DNA from: Firmicutes bacterium CAG:460
GTDB taxonomy: Bacteria; Bacillota_I; Bacilli_A; RF39; UBA660
Assembly (NCBI GenBank): GCA_000437355.1
Contig: FR899774.1
Location: 50,404 to 114,403, forward strand
Length of the DNA stretch: 64,000 nt
Direction of reading: 5' to 3'
This document shows positions 10,175 to 20,171 of this stretch, piece after piece (positions within the stretch are counted from its first letter, which is position 1; every line of letters begins with the position of its first letter). Below the pieces are notes generated by a model, which saw only the letters and a list, made by a program, of their open reading frames with translations, was not told where the DNA came from and did not search any database. The position numbers and the translations under genes are program-made.

Positions 10175-11017
10175 CTAAAACATCACATAAGGTTTTAGAG
10201 TCTTTCCATCAACTTCATATATAGCTAAATCTTTATTATTATAGATCATAATAACTTTATCTTTAATATTATATATATTACTTATTTTACCACCATTTAA
10301 TACTGTTTTTAAATTACATTCTTCAACATTTATACAAGGATAATCTAAAAACTCATGAATATTTTTACTTTTATAATTATTATTTTTAATATCTTCTAGT
10401 GTATATGCTTCATCAATTCCAAATACCCCTTGATAAGTTCTAACTAAACTTTTCATACATCCAACTGTACCTAACATATCACATATATCTTCAATTAAGC
10501 TTCTAATATAAGTTCCTTTAGATACTTTAGTTTTAATCTTTATAATATCTTCATTAAAACTAATTAATTCTAAATTATATATATTTACTTCTCTTTTAGG
10601 TAACTCAATTTCAATATTTTCTCTTGCATATTCATATAACTTTTTACCATCAATCTTAACAGCGGAATATTTAGGAACAGTTTGTAAATATTTCTTTGGA
10701 AATTTTTCTATTACATCAAGAATATCATTTTTTAAAATAACTTTATTACTTTTATCTATTACATTTCCAGTTACATCACCAGTATCCGTTTTAATACCTA
10801 ATTTTATTTCTGCAACATATTCTTTATCTAAAGCAATTAATAAATCAACTAGTTTAGTATATTTACCAGTTAAACAAACAAGAACTCCAGTTGCAATTGG
10901 ATCTAGAGTCCCCGTATGTCCTATTTTTTTAGTATTTAATATTTTACTAAGTTTATTAACAACATCTCTACTTGTATAACCTTCTGGTTTATTTACGACT
11001 AAGAGTTGGTCCATCAA
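10175..11017 (-). CDS. truB: tRNA pseudouridine(55) synthase TruB
   Basis: GHTGTLDPIATGVLVCLTGKYTK motif. Conserved position after rbfA. Confidence 0.9.
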   Translation of the reverse strand: MMDQLLVVNKPEGYTSRDVVNKLSKILNTKKIGHTGTLDPIATGVLVCLTGKYTKLVDLLIALDKEYVAEIKLGIKTDTGDVTGNVIDKSNKVILKNDILDVIEKFPKKYLQTVPKYSAVKIDGKKLYEYARENIEIELPKREVNIYNLELISFNEDIIKIKTKVSKGTYIRSLIEDICDMLGTVGCMKSLVRTYQGVFGIDEAYTLEDIKNNNYKSKNIHEFLDYPCINVEECNLKTVLNGGKISNIYNIKDKVIMIYNNKDLAIYEVDGKTLKPYVMF

Positions 11018-11525
11018 TTTCTCTCTTTCCTAAATCTTTAGTAAATAAACCATCTAATTCTTCATAACCTAAAGCTTTAACAAACTTAACTGTTACATCA
11101 TCATCTACTACTGCAATATTAATTATTTTTTGTTTAAAATTATCAGTTAATTCTTCTAATCTATTTATTATTTCATTTAATATTTCCATTTTTTCTAAAA
11201 CATCTGGATAATTAGTTAACAAAATATGACTTACATCTAAAGAATCTTTTCTTAATACTACTCTAGCAATTCCCACTAAAACATTTTGTTCATTTAAGCA
11301 CATAAGAAACAATACATTTCTTTCATAATTTTTAACTAACTTAATTGCTTGCATTAATGAACTATTATTTAAATCTTTATTACTTAACTTAGATTCATCA
11401 GTTGTAAAATGAATATCATAATTAAATAATCTTTTATCTTTTGTTACATTTTGACAATGTTTATAAAATTCTTCAACTGCTACTCTTTCATAAATTTTAG
11501 GTATATCTCTAGTTATTTCTATCAT
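10989..11525 (-). CDS. Hypothetical protein inserted between rbfA and truB
   Basis: 178-aa ORF that overlaps both neighbours. No family was recognised. Confidence 0.4.
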   Translation of the reverse strand: MIEITRDIPKIYERVAVEEFYKHCQNVTKDKRLFNYDIHFTTDESKLSNKDLNNSSLMQAIKLVKNYERNVLFLMCLNEQNVLVGIARVVLRKDSLDVSHILLTNYPDVLEKMEILNEIINRLEELTDNFKQKIINIAVVDDDVTVKFVKALGYEELDGLFTKDLGKREIDGPTLSRK

Positions 11526-11872
11526 TATTTATTATCCTTTTCAATTTTATCAATAATTTTTTCTATTTTTTCACCATAAGCAATAGATTTATCAAAAATA
11601 AATTTAAGTTCTGGTGTATGTCTAATTTCTAGTCTTTCACTTAACTTACCACGAATAAATGGTGCAGATTCGTTGACTTCTTTTTCTAAAGATTTTTCAT
11701 CCATATCCATAATAGAAGTAAAATATATTTTGCAATAACTTAAATCATTAGTTACATCACAACCCGTTATGGTTATACTTTTAAGTATTTCGTCATTAAC
11801 TTCATTAATTAATATATCACAAAGATATCTTTGAATATCACTAGCAATTCGTGCAATCTTATACTTAGGCAT
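11525..11872 (-). CDS. rbfA: Ribosome-binding factor A
   Basis: 115 aa with an RbfA-like sequence. Conserved position after infB. Confidence 0.85.
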   Translation of the reverse strand: MPKYKIARIASDIQRYLCDILINEVNDEILKSITITGCDVTNDLSYCKIYFTSIMDMDEKSLEKEVNESAPFIRGKLSERLEIRHTPELKFIFDKSIAYGEKIEKIIDKIEKDNK

Positions 11873-13973
11873 GTTTTACCTCAACCATTTCATACGCTTC
11901 AATAGTATCTCCTTCTTTAAAATCATTAAATTTTTCTAAAGTAATACCACATTCAAAGCCTTTTTTAACCTCTTTAACTGTATCTTTTTCTCTTTGTAAA
12001 GATGCTATAACTTCATCACTTGCTATAACAACTCCATCACGAATAACACGAGCCATAGCACCATTTTTAACAATACCACTTGTTATATAAGAACCCGCTA
12101 TATTACCAATCTTAGAGAATTTAAATATTTTTCTAACTTCGGCAGAACCTAATACTTTTTCTTCATATTCAGGATCTAACATACCATTAATAGCAGCTTC
12201 AATATCTTCAACTAATTTATAAATAATTGTATATAATCTAATATCTATATTATTATCTTTAGCAATATCCTTAGCATTATTTGATGCAACAACATTAAAT
12301 CCAATAATAATAGCATTTGAAGCACTAGCAAGTACTACATCAGATTCACTAATAGCACCAATACCACTTCTTATTACTTTAACAGATACATCTTTTTCTT
12401 TAATTTTTTCTAAAGCATTTTTAACAGCTTCTTCAGAACCACGAACATCTGCTTTTAAAACAACATTTATTTCTTTATTACCAGCATCAACTGATGCAAA
12501 TAAATCATCTAAAGAAACCTTCTTATCTTTACCTGCATTCATTTTCGCAGCATCGTGGCGTTTTTGGGCAACAGCTTTAGCTTCAGCTTCTGTTTCAAAT
12601 GCCATGAATTTATCTCCAGCCGACGGATTTTCTGTTAAACCAGTAATTTCTACCGGAGTTGATGGACCAGCAAGAACTATAGATTCTCCACGATCATTTT
12701 TCATTGTTCTAACCTTTGCATAGCTTGTACCAACAACAATTGGGTCTCCAAGTCTAAGTGTACCATTTTGAATTAAGAATGAAGCAACACCTCCGACATT
12801 TTTATCAAGGCGAGATTCAATAACAGCACCAACCGCATAACGATTTGGATTAGCCTTAAGTTCATTAACCTCAGCAATTGTAAGAATTGTTTCTAGTAAT
12901 AATTCAACACCTTCACCAGTATGAGCAGATATATTAATAAATGGAGTATCTCCTCCCCAAGCCTCAGGTGTAATTCCAATTTCAGCCATTTCTGTTAAAA
13001 CTCTATCAATATTTGCATCTGGCTTATCTATTTTATTAACTGCTACAATTATTGGTACATTGGCACTTAATGCATGATCAACTGCTTCTTTAGTTTGCGG
13101 TTTAACCCCATCATCTGCAGCAACAATTATAATAACTATATCTGTAACTGATGCTCCTCTTGCACGCATTTCTGTAAAAGCAGCATGTCCTGGAGTATCA
13201 ATAAATGTTATAAGTTCATCCTTATATTTAGTTTGATAAGCCCCGATATGTTGTGTAATTCCTCCAAATTCTTTATCAACCACGTGAGTATTTCTAATAT
13301 AATCAAGTAATGTAGTTTTACCATGGTCAACATGTCCCATTATAGTTACTATCGGAGGTCTTTTAACTAAATCTTCTTCTTTATCAATTATTTCATAAGA
13401 TTCAAAATTAGTAACATCTTGAGTTTCTTCTCTTTTTAAAGTCTTTTTATAATCAAGTGCTATTATTTCTGCATTTTCAAAATCAATTGGTTGATTTAAA
13501 CTTAACATTAAACCATTTTCCATTAATTTCTTAATTATTTCAGCTCCACCAACATTTAAAACATTTGCAAATTCTGCTACACTCATTCCATTTTTATATA
13601 AAACAATATTTTCATCTGTTTCATTTTTCATAAGTTTATTCTTATGCTTATACATTTCTTTCTTCTTTAAATTGAAATCTTGCTTACTTGCATCTTTCTT
13701 CTTCAATTTTTCTTTTGATATACTATCTTTCATACTTTTATCTACTCTTGAAGAAGTCATTATTTCATCTACTTTATCTTCAATATCCTCTTCTTCTTCA
13801 AAAGTAATTTCATCATCCGTAGAAATTAAATTAATAGTATTATCTAGCATAATAATATCATCATCTGTTAAATAATCATCTTTATTATTAACATTAATTG
13901 CTAACTCATGACATTTCTTTAATATTTCTGCCACAGATAAATTTACATCATTTGCATATTCTGAAACTTTCAT
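11865..13973 (-). CDS. infB: Translation initiation factor IF-2
   Basis: GTPase motifs (GHVDHGKTTLLD, DTPGH, NKID) and IF-2 C-terminal domains. Confidence 0.95.
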   Translation of the reverse strand: MKVSEYANDVNLSVAEILKKCHELAINVNNKDDYLTDDDIIMLDNTINLISTDDEITFEEEEDIEDKVDEIMTSSRVDKSMKDSISKEKLKKKDASKQDFNLKKKEMYKHKNKLMKNETDENIVLYKNGMSVAEFANVLNVGGAEIIKKLMENGLMLSLNQPIDFENAEIIALDYKKTLKREETQDVTNFESYEIIDKEEDLVKRPPIVTIMGHVDHGKTTLLDYIRNTHVVDKEFGGITQHIGAYQTKYKDELITFIDTPGHAAFTEMRARGASVTDIVIIIVAADDGVKPQTKEAVDHALSANVPIIVAVNKIDKPDANIDRVLTEMAEIGITPEAWGGDTPFINISAHTGEGVELLLETILTIAEVNELKANPNRYAVGAVIESRLDKNVGGVASFLIQNGTLRLGDPIVVGTSYAKVRTMKNDRGESIVLAGPSTPVEITGLTENPSAGDKFMAFETEAEAKAVAQKRHDAAKMNAGKDKKVSLDDLFASVDAGNKEINVVLKADVRGSEEAVKNALEKIKEKDVSVKVIRSGIGAISESDVVLASASNAIIIGFNVVASNNAKDIAKDNNIDIRLYTIIYKLVEDIEAAINGMLDPEYEEKVLGSAEVRKIFKFSKIGNIAGSYITSGIVKNGAMARVIRDGVVIASDEVIASLQREKDTVKEVKKGFECGITLEKFNDFKEGDTIEAYEMVEVKHA

Positions 13974-13990
13974 TTAATCACAACCTTTCT

Positions 13991-14248
13991 TTATTTGTTT
14001 ATTATTTCTTCTAACTCTTCATATATTTTATCTGGTATTTCCACTTCTAATACCCTATTTAATAATTTATTACTTTTAGCTTTTTTTATAACCTCAATAT
14101 CTTTTTTTAAATAAGCTCCACGTCCATTTGCTTTACCAACTGTATCAATAATTACTTCACCATCTGGTGTTCTAACTACCCTAATTAAATCTTTCTTAGG
14201 CAATTTTTCTTTAGTTATTACACATGAACGCATTGGAATTTTCTTCAT
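13991..14248 (-). CDS. ylxR: YlxR/RnpM-family RNA-binding protein (DUF448)
   Basis: 85 aa beginning MKKIPMRSCVITKEKLPKKDLIRVV, between nusA and infB. Confidence 0.8.
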   Translation of the reverse strand: MKKIPMRSCVITKEKLPKKDLIRVVRTPDGEVIIDTVGKANGRGAYLKKDIEVIKKAKSNKLLNRVLEVEIPDKIYEELEEIINK

Positions 14249-15360
14249 TAATTATTACCTGCTTGTTGAATTTCTTCCATTGTTTTAATTTCTAAATGAT
14301 ATTTGGTTAACTTACTTGCTAATTTAATATTACTTCCCTTTTTACCAATTGCTTGTGATAAATTATCATTATTAACTATTACTAAAGCATTTCTTTCTTC
14401 TGCATCTGGAATTGATACTATTACATCTTTAGCTGGTGTCATTGCATTTTTAATAAATTCTGCAGGGTCTTCACTATATAAAACTAAATCTACTTTTTCA
14501 CCCTTTAGTTCTTTTAAAATACCAGCAATTCTTGAACCTTTTTCACCAATACAAGAACCAATTGCATCAATTCTATCATTTGTTGAATATAAAGCTACTT
14601 TCGTACGAATGCCTGCTTCTCTAACTACTTGAGTAATAATTATTGTACCATTTGCAACCTCAGGTATTTCATGTTCAAATAATCTTTTAACAAAACCATA
14701 ATTTTTTCTAGACAATTTAATAATTGGTCCTTTTGGTCCACTTTCAACTTTACTTACATAAACTTTAATACTTGACCCCATTACTATTTGTTCACCAGGT
14801 ATAATTTCTTTTTTAGGCAATATTCCTCTTGTTCTACCTAAATCTATATAATAGTTATTTTGGTCTTCCATAGCAACCATACCAACCATTAATTCATCTT
14901 GTTTATCAGCAAATTCTTCAATAACACTATTCTTTTCTGCTTCTCTTATTTTTTGCATTACAACTTGTTTCGCAGTACCAGCTGCCACTCTTCCAAAATC
15001 TTTTGGTGTTACTTCTTCTTCAATAGTTTCTCCTACTTTTATAGTGGGTACCTTTTTAATAGCATCTTCAAGTAATATTTGGGCATCTCTATTTACTTCA
15101 GGTTCTACTCTCGTAACATTACCTTCTTCATCTTCTACAACACTACCTTCATCAATTTCAGGTACAACTACATAATAAGAATAAACTTTAATATCTCCAG
15201 TTTCACGATTAATATCTACTCTAACATTAGTTTTTGAATTAAAATTTTTCTTATATGCTGTTTGAAGTGCTAATTCTAATGCTTCAAATATTATATCAGC
15301 ACTTATATTTTTTTCTTCCACAATAGTATTTAACGCTTTAATTAATTCTTTACCATTCAT
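14248..15360 (-). CDS. nusA: Transcription termination/antitermination factor NusA
   Basis: 370 aa with S1 and KH domains. Confidence 0.95.
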   Translation of the reverse strand: MNGKELIKALNTIVEEKNISADIIFEALELALQTAYKKNFNSKTNVRVDINRETGDIKVYSYYVVVPEIDEGSVVEDEEGNVTRVEPEVNRDAQILLEDAIKKVPTIKVGETIEEEVTPKDFGRVAAGTAKQVVMQKIREAEKNSVIEEFADKQDELMVGMVAMEDQNNYYIDLGRTRGILPKKEIIPGEQIVMGSSIKVYVSKVESGPKGPIIKLSRKNYGFVKRLFEHEIPEVANGTIIITQVVREAGIRTKVALYSTNDRIDAIGSCIGEKGSRIAGILKELKGEKVDLVLYSEDPAEFIKNAMTPAKDVIVSIPDAEERNALVIVNNDNLSQAIGKKGSNIKLASKLTKYHLEIKTMEEIQQAGNN

Positions 15361-15361
15361 T

Positions 15362-15628
15362 TTACTCTCCTCTTTCTTTGCTTACTACATCTAGTATATA
15401 ACTATCATCAGTTATATCAGCTTTATCCACTACCTCATTTACAATTTTCGTAGCATCAACAATAGTTTCCAAATCAATTCCTCCGATTTTATCTAAAGTA
15501 ACCGTTAAGAAATGATACTTTCCTTTTTCTTCAAAAGTTACATCATCAACTATTATTTCCTCGCTATCCAATCTTTCTTGTAAATCAATTTTAAGTTTCT
15601 CCAAAACTAGTTTCATAAACACCTCCAT
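15362..15628 (-). CDS. rimP: Ribosome maturation factor RimP, short form (N-terminal domain only)
   Basis: 88 aa resembling the RimP N-domain (HFLTVTLDKIGGIDLETIVDATKIVNEVVD...DVVSKERG), immediately upstream of nusA. Confidence 0.55.
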   Translation of the reverse strand: MEVFMKLVLEKLKIDLQERLDSEEIIVDDVTFEEKGKYHFLTVTLDKIGGIDLETIVDATKIVNEVVDKADITDDSYILDVVSKERGE

Positions 15629-15667
15629 AACTAATAATAAAAGTGGGATTTTCTGCCCACTTAAAAC

Positions 15668-15700
15668 TGATAAATAAATTATACCACAATTTTTACTAAA
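15668..15700 (-). promoter_or_regulatory. Putative extended -10 promoter of the rimP-nusA-infB operon, with a hairpin in the 5'UTR
   Basis: The minus strand reads TGGTATAAT. A stem-loop AAGTGGG...CCCACTT follows between the promoter and the RBS. Confidence 0.35.
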
Positions 15701-15756
15701 ATAAAAGAAAAAATTGCAATTTTTACTGAAAAAACCATAAAAAAAAGAGTCGCATA

Positions 15757-17559
15757 TTAACGAGCTCTTCTATATCTTTCTTTTGGATCTAAATATTTTT
15801 TTCTAAGTCTTATTTCTGTTGGAGTTATTTCAATATATTCATCATCTTCAATAAATTCCAATGCTTCTTCCAAAGTAAATTTCTTAGCTTTATTTAATAC
15901 TATTGCTTCATCAGCATGAGCACTTCTAGTATTAGTTAGTTCTTTATTCTTACAAGGATTAACATCTAAATCTCCTTCTTTATTAGCAATGCCTACGATC
16001 ATACCAATATAAACATCAGTTGATGGGTCTACTATCATTGTACCTCTACTACTTAAGTTAAATAATGAATAACCAAAAGTTGTACCATTAACCATTGAAA
16101 CTAAAACACCATTTTTACGTCCTGAAATAGCCCCAGCATAAGGTCCATAAGAATCAAATGAACGAACCATGATACCTTCACCCTTAGTTTCAGTAATAAA
16201 TGAACCACGATAACCAATTAATCCTCTAGTGGGAACTAAATATTCACATTTTGTATATCCAACTTCACCTGGTGTAACGCTTTGCATAATTCCTTTTCTT
16301 TCATTTAAAGAATTAATTACAGTTCCAGAATATTCATTTGGTACATTAACAATAACTTTTTCATATGGCTCACATTTTTCACCATCTACTTCTTTAAAAA
16401 TAACTTCAGGCTTAGAAACAGATAATTCATATCCTTCTCTTCTCATATTTTCAAGCAAAATTGATAAATGAAGTTCACCACGACCACTTACCTTAAAACC
16501 ATCAGCACCTTCTAATTGTTCAACTTTTAAACCTACATTAGTTTCAAGTTCTTTTTCTAATCTTTCTTTTAAATGTCTACTTGTTAAAAATTTACCACTT
16601 TGACCAGCAAATGGAGAATTATTAACTAAAAAATTCATTGATAATGTTGGTTCTTCAATAACAATTTTAGGAAGTGGATTAATTTTATCTTTTTCACAAA
16701 TTGTATCTCCAATAGAAACATCACTACATCCTGCTACAGTTACGATATCTCCAAAATAAGCAACAGGAACCTCTACTCTTTTAATGCCTTCATTAACAAA
16801 CAATTTAGTAACACGGAAAGATTCAACTTTTCCATCATTTGTTGCTAAAGAAACAGTTTCCCCACTCTTTATTTTACCTTTATTAATTCTACCAATACCA
16901 AGTCTACCAATATAATCATCATATGCAAGTTGACATACTTGTAATTGTAATGGATCAGCCTCATTACCTTCAAAAACTTTAGTATTATTTACAATAGTTT
17001 CTAACAATGGCGTTAAATCCTTACCTTCATCACTCATATTATAAATTGCATAACCACTTCTAGCACTACCATAAAGAATAGGAAAATCTAGTTGCTCATC
17101 TGTTGCACCTAATTCCATAAACAAATTAAATGTCATATCAACAACTTCTTCAGCTCTCTCATCTTTTTTATCAATTTTATTAATAAATAAAATTGGTTTT
17201 AAATTATTTTGTAATGCTTCTTTTAAAACAAATCTAGTTTGAGGCATAGGTCCTTCAGCCGAATCCACAAGTAAAATAACTGTATCAACAGTTTTAATAA
17301 CTCTTTCAATTTCACTAGAAAAATCAGCATGACCGGGAGTATCAACTATATTGATTTTATAATCCTTATATTTAATAGCACAGTTTTTAGCAGTAATAGT
17401 AATACCTCTTTCTTTTTCAAGGTCTCCACTATCCATAACACAATCAACTAATTCTTCATTTGCTCTAAAAACACCACTTTGTCTTAGCAAACCATCAACT
17501 AAAGTAGATTTACCAGCATCAACATGTGCAACTACGGCAATATTTATTATCTTATCCAT
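15757..17559 (-). CDS. typA: Translational GTPase TypA/BipA
   Basis: 600 aa with GTP-binding motifs and an EF-G-like domain order. Confidence 0.9.
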   Translation of the reverse strand: MDKIINIAVVAHVDAGKSTLVDGLLRQSGVFRANEELVDCVMDSGDLEKERGITITAKNCAIKYKDYKINIVDTPGHADFSSEIERVIKTVDTVILLVDSAEGPMPQTRFVLKEALQNNLKPILFINKIDKKDERAEEVVDMTFNLFMELGATDEQLDFPILYGSARSGYAIYNMSDEGKDLTPLLETIVNNTKVFEGNEADPLQLQVCQLAYDDYIGRLGIGRINKGKIKSGETVSLATNDGKVESFRVTKLFVNEGIKRVEVPVAYFGDIVTVAGCSDVSIGDTICEKDKINPLPKIVIEEPTLSMNFLVNNSPFAGQSGKFLTSRHLKERLEKELETNVGLKVEQLEGADGFKVSGRGELHLSILLENMRREGYELSVSKPEVIFKEVDGEKCEPYEKVIVNVPNEYSGTVINSLNERKGIMQSVTPGEVGYTKCEYLVPTRGLIGYRGSFITETKGEGIMVRSFDSYGPYAGAISGRKNGVLVSMVNGTTFGYSLFNLSSRGTMIVDPSTDVYIGMIVGIANKEGDLDVNPCKNKELTNTRSAHADEAIVLNKAKKFTLEEALEFIEDDEYIEITPTEIRLRKKYLDPKERYRRAR

Positions 17560-17714
17560 AAAACTTCACCCTTTTTTCACGTAAATACCCATAGATAATA
17601 ATACAAAATGATATAATTGTCAAGAAAAACATAATAATTTTAATAAAAGAATTTTACTAACAAAAAAAATAAATGTAATAAAATAAAGATCTATATTTGT
17701 AAAATGCACACAAC

Positions 17715-17744
17715 AAAAATCCTCTATTTTAAAATGAGGATTTT
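17715..17744. terminator. Rho-independent terminator
   Basis: AATCCTC-TATTTTAAAAT-GAGGATT hairpin followed by a T-run. Confidence 0.45.
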
Positions 17745-17811
17745 GATTATCTTTAAATTATACCAAAAAATTTATTCATCACTAATTTATATAAAAATAT
17801 AATTAAATTAA

Positions 17812-18455
17812 TTAATTTTGTTTTTTTCTATAATAAATTAAAACACCTGTAACACCAACTAGTGATATAATACTAGAAATAAAATATATTACAATATCAT
17901 CATTAGTTTTAGGATTAACTATATTATTATTCTCTTCGATAGCAACTATTCCATAATGACTTAAGTGTGACGTTTCAAAAACAATATATCCATTTTCTAC
18001 TTTTGCTTCTATAGTTTCTTTTATTTCACCATCCAAAATATAAACTACTTCATATTTAGAAAAACCTTTTAAATCTTCTGGTAAAGCAATTTTTATTTTC
18101 ATTTTAGTATCATTAATTTTAACAACTTGACCATTTTCTAGTACGTTAATATCAACTATATATTTAATATTCTTATTAGCAAGATTTTTTTTTACTTCAA
18201 CTTCTTTAATATCTAATACATAATTCTTAGTTATTTCTTTATCAAATATAATACTAGCATTTACTTCACCATCATTTTTGATTTCATTATTTTTAGTCCA
18301 AGAAGCATATAAAGTTATATTTTTATATCTTTCATAACCGCTTTCTTCTTTTATTTTAGTATCTTTTTCAAACTCTTTATCTGTTTTTTCATCTATATCC
18401 CAGAATCTCCAGTAAACATAATTATAATTATTGTTACTATATTTTCTTTTTGCTT
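17812..18455 (-). pseudogene. Decayed gene for a C-terminally membrane-anchored surface protein. Only the 96-aa 3' ORF is intact.
   Basis: The open frame continues upstream of the annotated ORF with no start codon. Further upstream, two other frames encode signal-peptide-like segments (MLRLLKILLLV* and MILTSINPIIL...). It is a paralog of 40293-40960. Confidence 0.5.
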
Positions 18456-18604
18456 AGGCAAAATAATTGGATTAATAGACGTTAGAATCATACTAAAAGC
18501 AATATTTTGAGTAACCTCAACATAGTTTAAATGGTAATATATTTATTAGCCCTATTAGTATTTTAAAGTTTTTTCAATTTCATTTTAATTTCTTATTATA
18601 ATAG

Positions 18605-18633
18605 AAAAAACCTATAAAATAGGTTCATTTTTT
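18605..18633. terminator. Rho-independent terminator downstream of recA
   Basis: AACCTAT-AAA-ATAGGTT hairpin flanked by A- and T-runs. Confidence 0.55.
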
Positions 18634-18666
18634 AGAATTTAGTTTATAGGTTTCATTTTTATTTTT

Positions 18667-19701
18667 CTAATTTTTTTCCTTTTTATCTTTTATTTTTTCT
18701 ATAAAACCATAATGTTCTCTGATTTTTTGTTCAAGTTCATCCCTTAAAACTGGATTTTCTTTTAAAAATATTTTTACATTTTCCTTACCTTGACCAATTT
18801 TTTCACCATTGTAAGAATACCAAGCACCACTTTTATCAATTATAGCTAAATCACTAGCAATATCTATAATTTCTCCTTCTCTAGATATTCCTTCTCCATA
18901 CATAATATCTACAGTAGCAGTTTTAAATGGTGGAGCAACTTTATTTTTAACAACTTTAATATTAGTTTTATTACCAATAATTTGGTCTCCCATTTTAATT
19001 TGTTCTCCACGTCTTACATCAAGTCTAATAGTAGAATAAAATTTTAATGCTCTTCCACCTGGTGTTGTTTCAGGATTACCAAACATAACACCAACTTTTT
19101 CTCTTAATTGGTTAATGAATATTGCCGTTGTTTTAGTTTTATTCATTGTTCCTGATAATTTTCTTAATGCTTGAGACATTAATCTTGCTTGAAGACCTAC
19201 ATGAGAATCTCCCATTTCACCATCAATTTCTGCTTGAGGAACTAATGCTGCAACTGAGTCAATAACTACAATATCAACAGCATCACTTTTAACTAAGGCA
19301 TCACAAATTTCAAGGGCTTCTTCACCAGTATCTGGTTGACTTAGTAAAAGTTCATTAATATTAACTCCTAATTTTTTAGCATAAACTGGGTCTAGTGCAT
19401 GTTCAGCATCTATAAATGCAGCTCTCCCTCCATTTTTTTGCACTTCTGCAATAGCTTGAAGGGCTACAGTTGTTTTACCACTTGATTCTGGTCCATATAT
19501 TTCAATAATTCTTCCTTTAGGATAACCACCAACACCTAAAGCAACATCAATTGCAATTGAACCACTTGAAGTAACATCAACATTCATGTGTTCATTATCT
19601 CCAAGTTTCATTATGGCTCTTGCTCCAAATTGTTTTTCAATATCAGCAATAACTTGTTCTAGTGCCTTATCTTTATTCTTTTCATCTTTTGTAACTTTCA
19701 T
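18667..19701 (-). CDS. recA: Recombinase RecA
   Basis: Walker [10 protein letters not shown] and the conserved RecA core. Confidence 0.95.
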   Translation of the reverse strand: MKVTKDEKNKDKALEQVIADIEKQFGARAIMKLGDNEHMNVDVTSSGSIAIDVALGVGGYPKGRIIEIYGPESSGKTTVALQAIAEVQKNGGRAAFIDAEHALDPVYAKKLGVNINELLLSQPDTGEEALEICDALVKSDAVDIVVIDSVAALVPQAEIDGEMGDSHVGLQARLMSQALRKLSGTMNKTKTTAIFINQLREKVGVMFGNPETTPGGRALKFYSTIRLDVRRGEQIKMGDQIIGNKTNIKVVKNKVAPPFKTATVDIMYGEGISREGEIIDIASDLAIIDKSGAWYSYNGEKIGQGKENVKIFLKENPVLRDELEQKIREHYGFIEKIKDKKEKN

Positions 19702-19731
19702 TTTTTCCTCCTAATACCCTGATACAACTTA

Positions 19732-19760
19732 ATTGTACAACAAGTTTTATAAATTGTCAA
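19732..19760 (-). promoter_or_regulatory. recA promoter
   Basis: On the minus strand: TTGACA (19755-19760), a 17-nt spacer, then TACAAT (19732-19737). The inverted repeat AACTT-N11-AAGTT overlaps the -10. A degenerate Cheo-like box AAACATTTGTTT lies at 19771-19782. Confidence 0.5.
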
Positions 19761-19820
19761 CACAAAACACAAACATTTGTTTAAAATGTCTATGTTTCTT
19801 ATACATATAATTTTTATTGA

Positions 19821-20171
19821 TTAGTTTTTAGGTTTAAAAATAATTGAAACTAAGAAAGCTGAAACTATTGCACCGGTTATTACACCAGATGATTTACATA
19901 ACATATTACTAAATATACCAAAGAAACCATCTTCTATATACCCTTGCCAAGCTGAACTATATAAAGAGTGACCAAAGTTAGAAATAAGAATTGTTGCTCC
20001 TGCTCCAAACTTATTTATAAGACAATCATAACAACCTAAAAACGATAAAAATGCCCCTCCAACTGTATATAAACTTGTAATATGTCCTGGAGTTAATTTA
20101 GTATTATCCAAAATAATTTGAGCTGAAGCACATAAAGTCCCAGCAAATAGAAATGCCATAAAGAAATTCAT
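19821..20171 (-). CDS. spoVAE: Stage V sporulation protein AE (SpoVAEB-like)
   Basis: 116 aa with close similarity to SpoVAEB (LTPGHITSLYTVGGAFLSFLG...KFGAGATILISNFGHSL). Confidence 0.8.
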   Translation of the reverse strand: MNFFMAFLFAGTLCASAQIILDNTKLTPGHITSLYTVGGAFLSFLGCYDCLINKFGAGATILISNFGHSLYSSAWQGYIEDGFFGIFSNMLCKSSGVITGAIVSAFLVSIIFKPKN

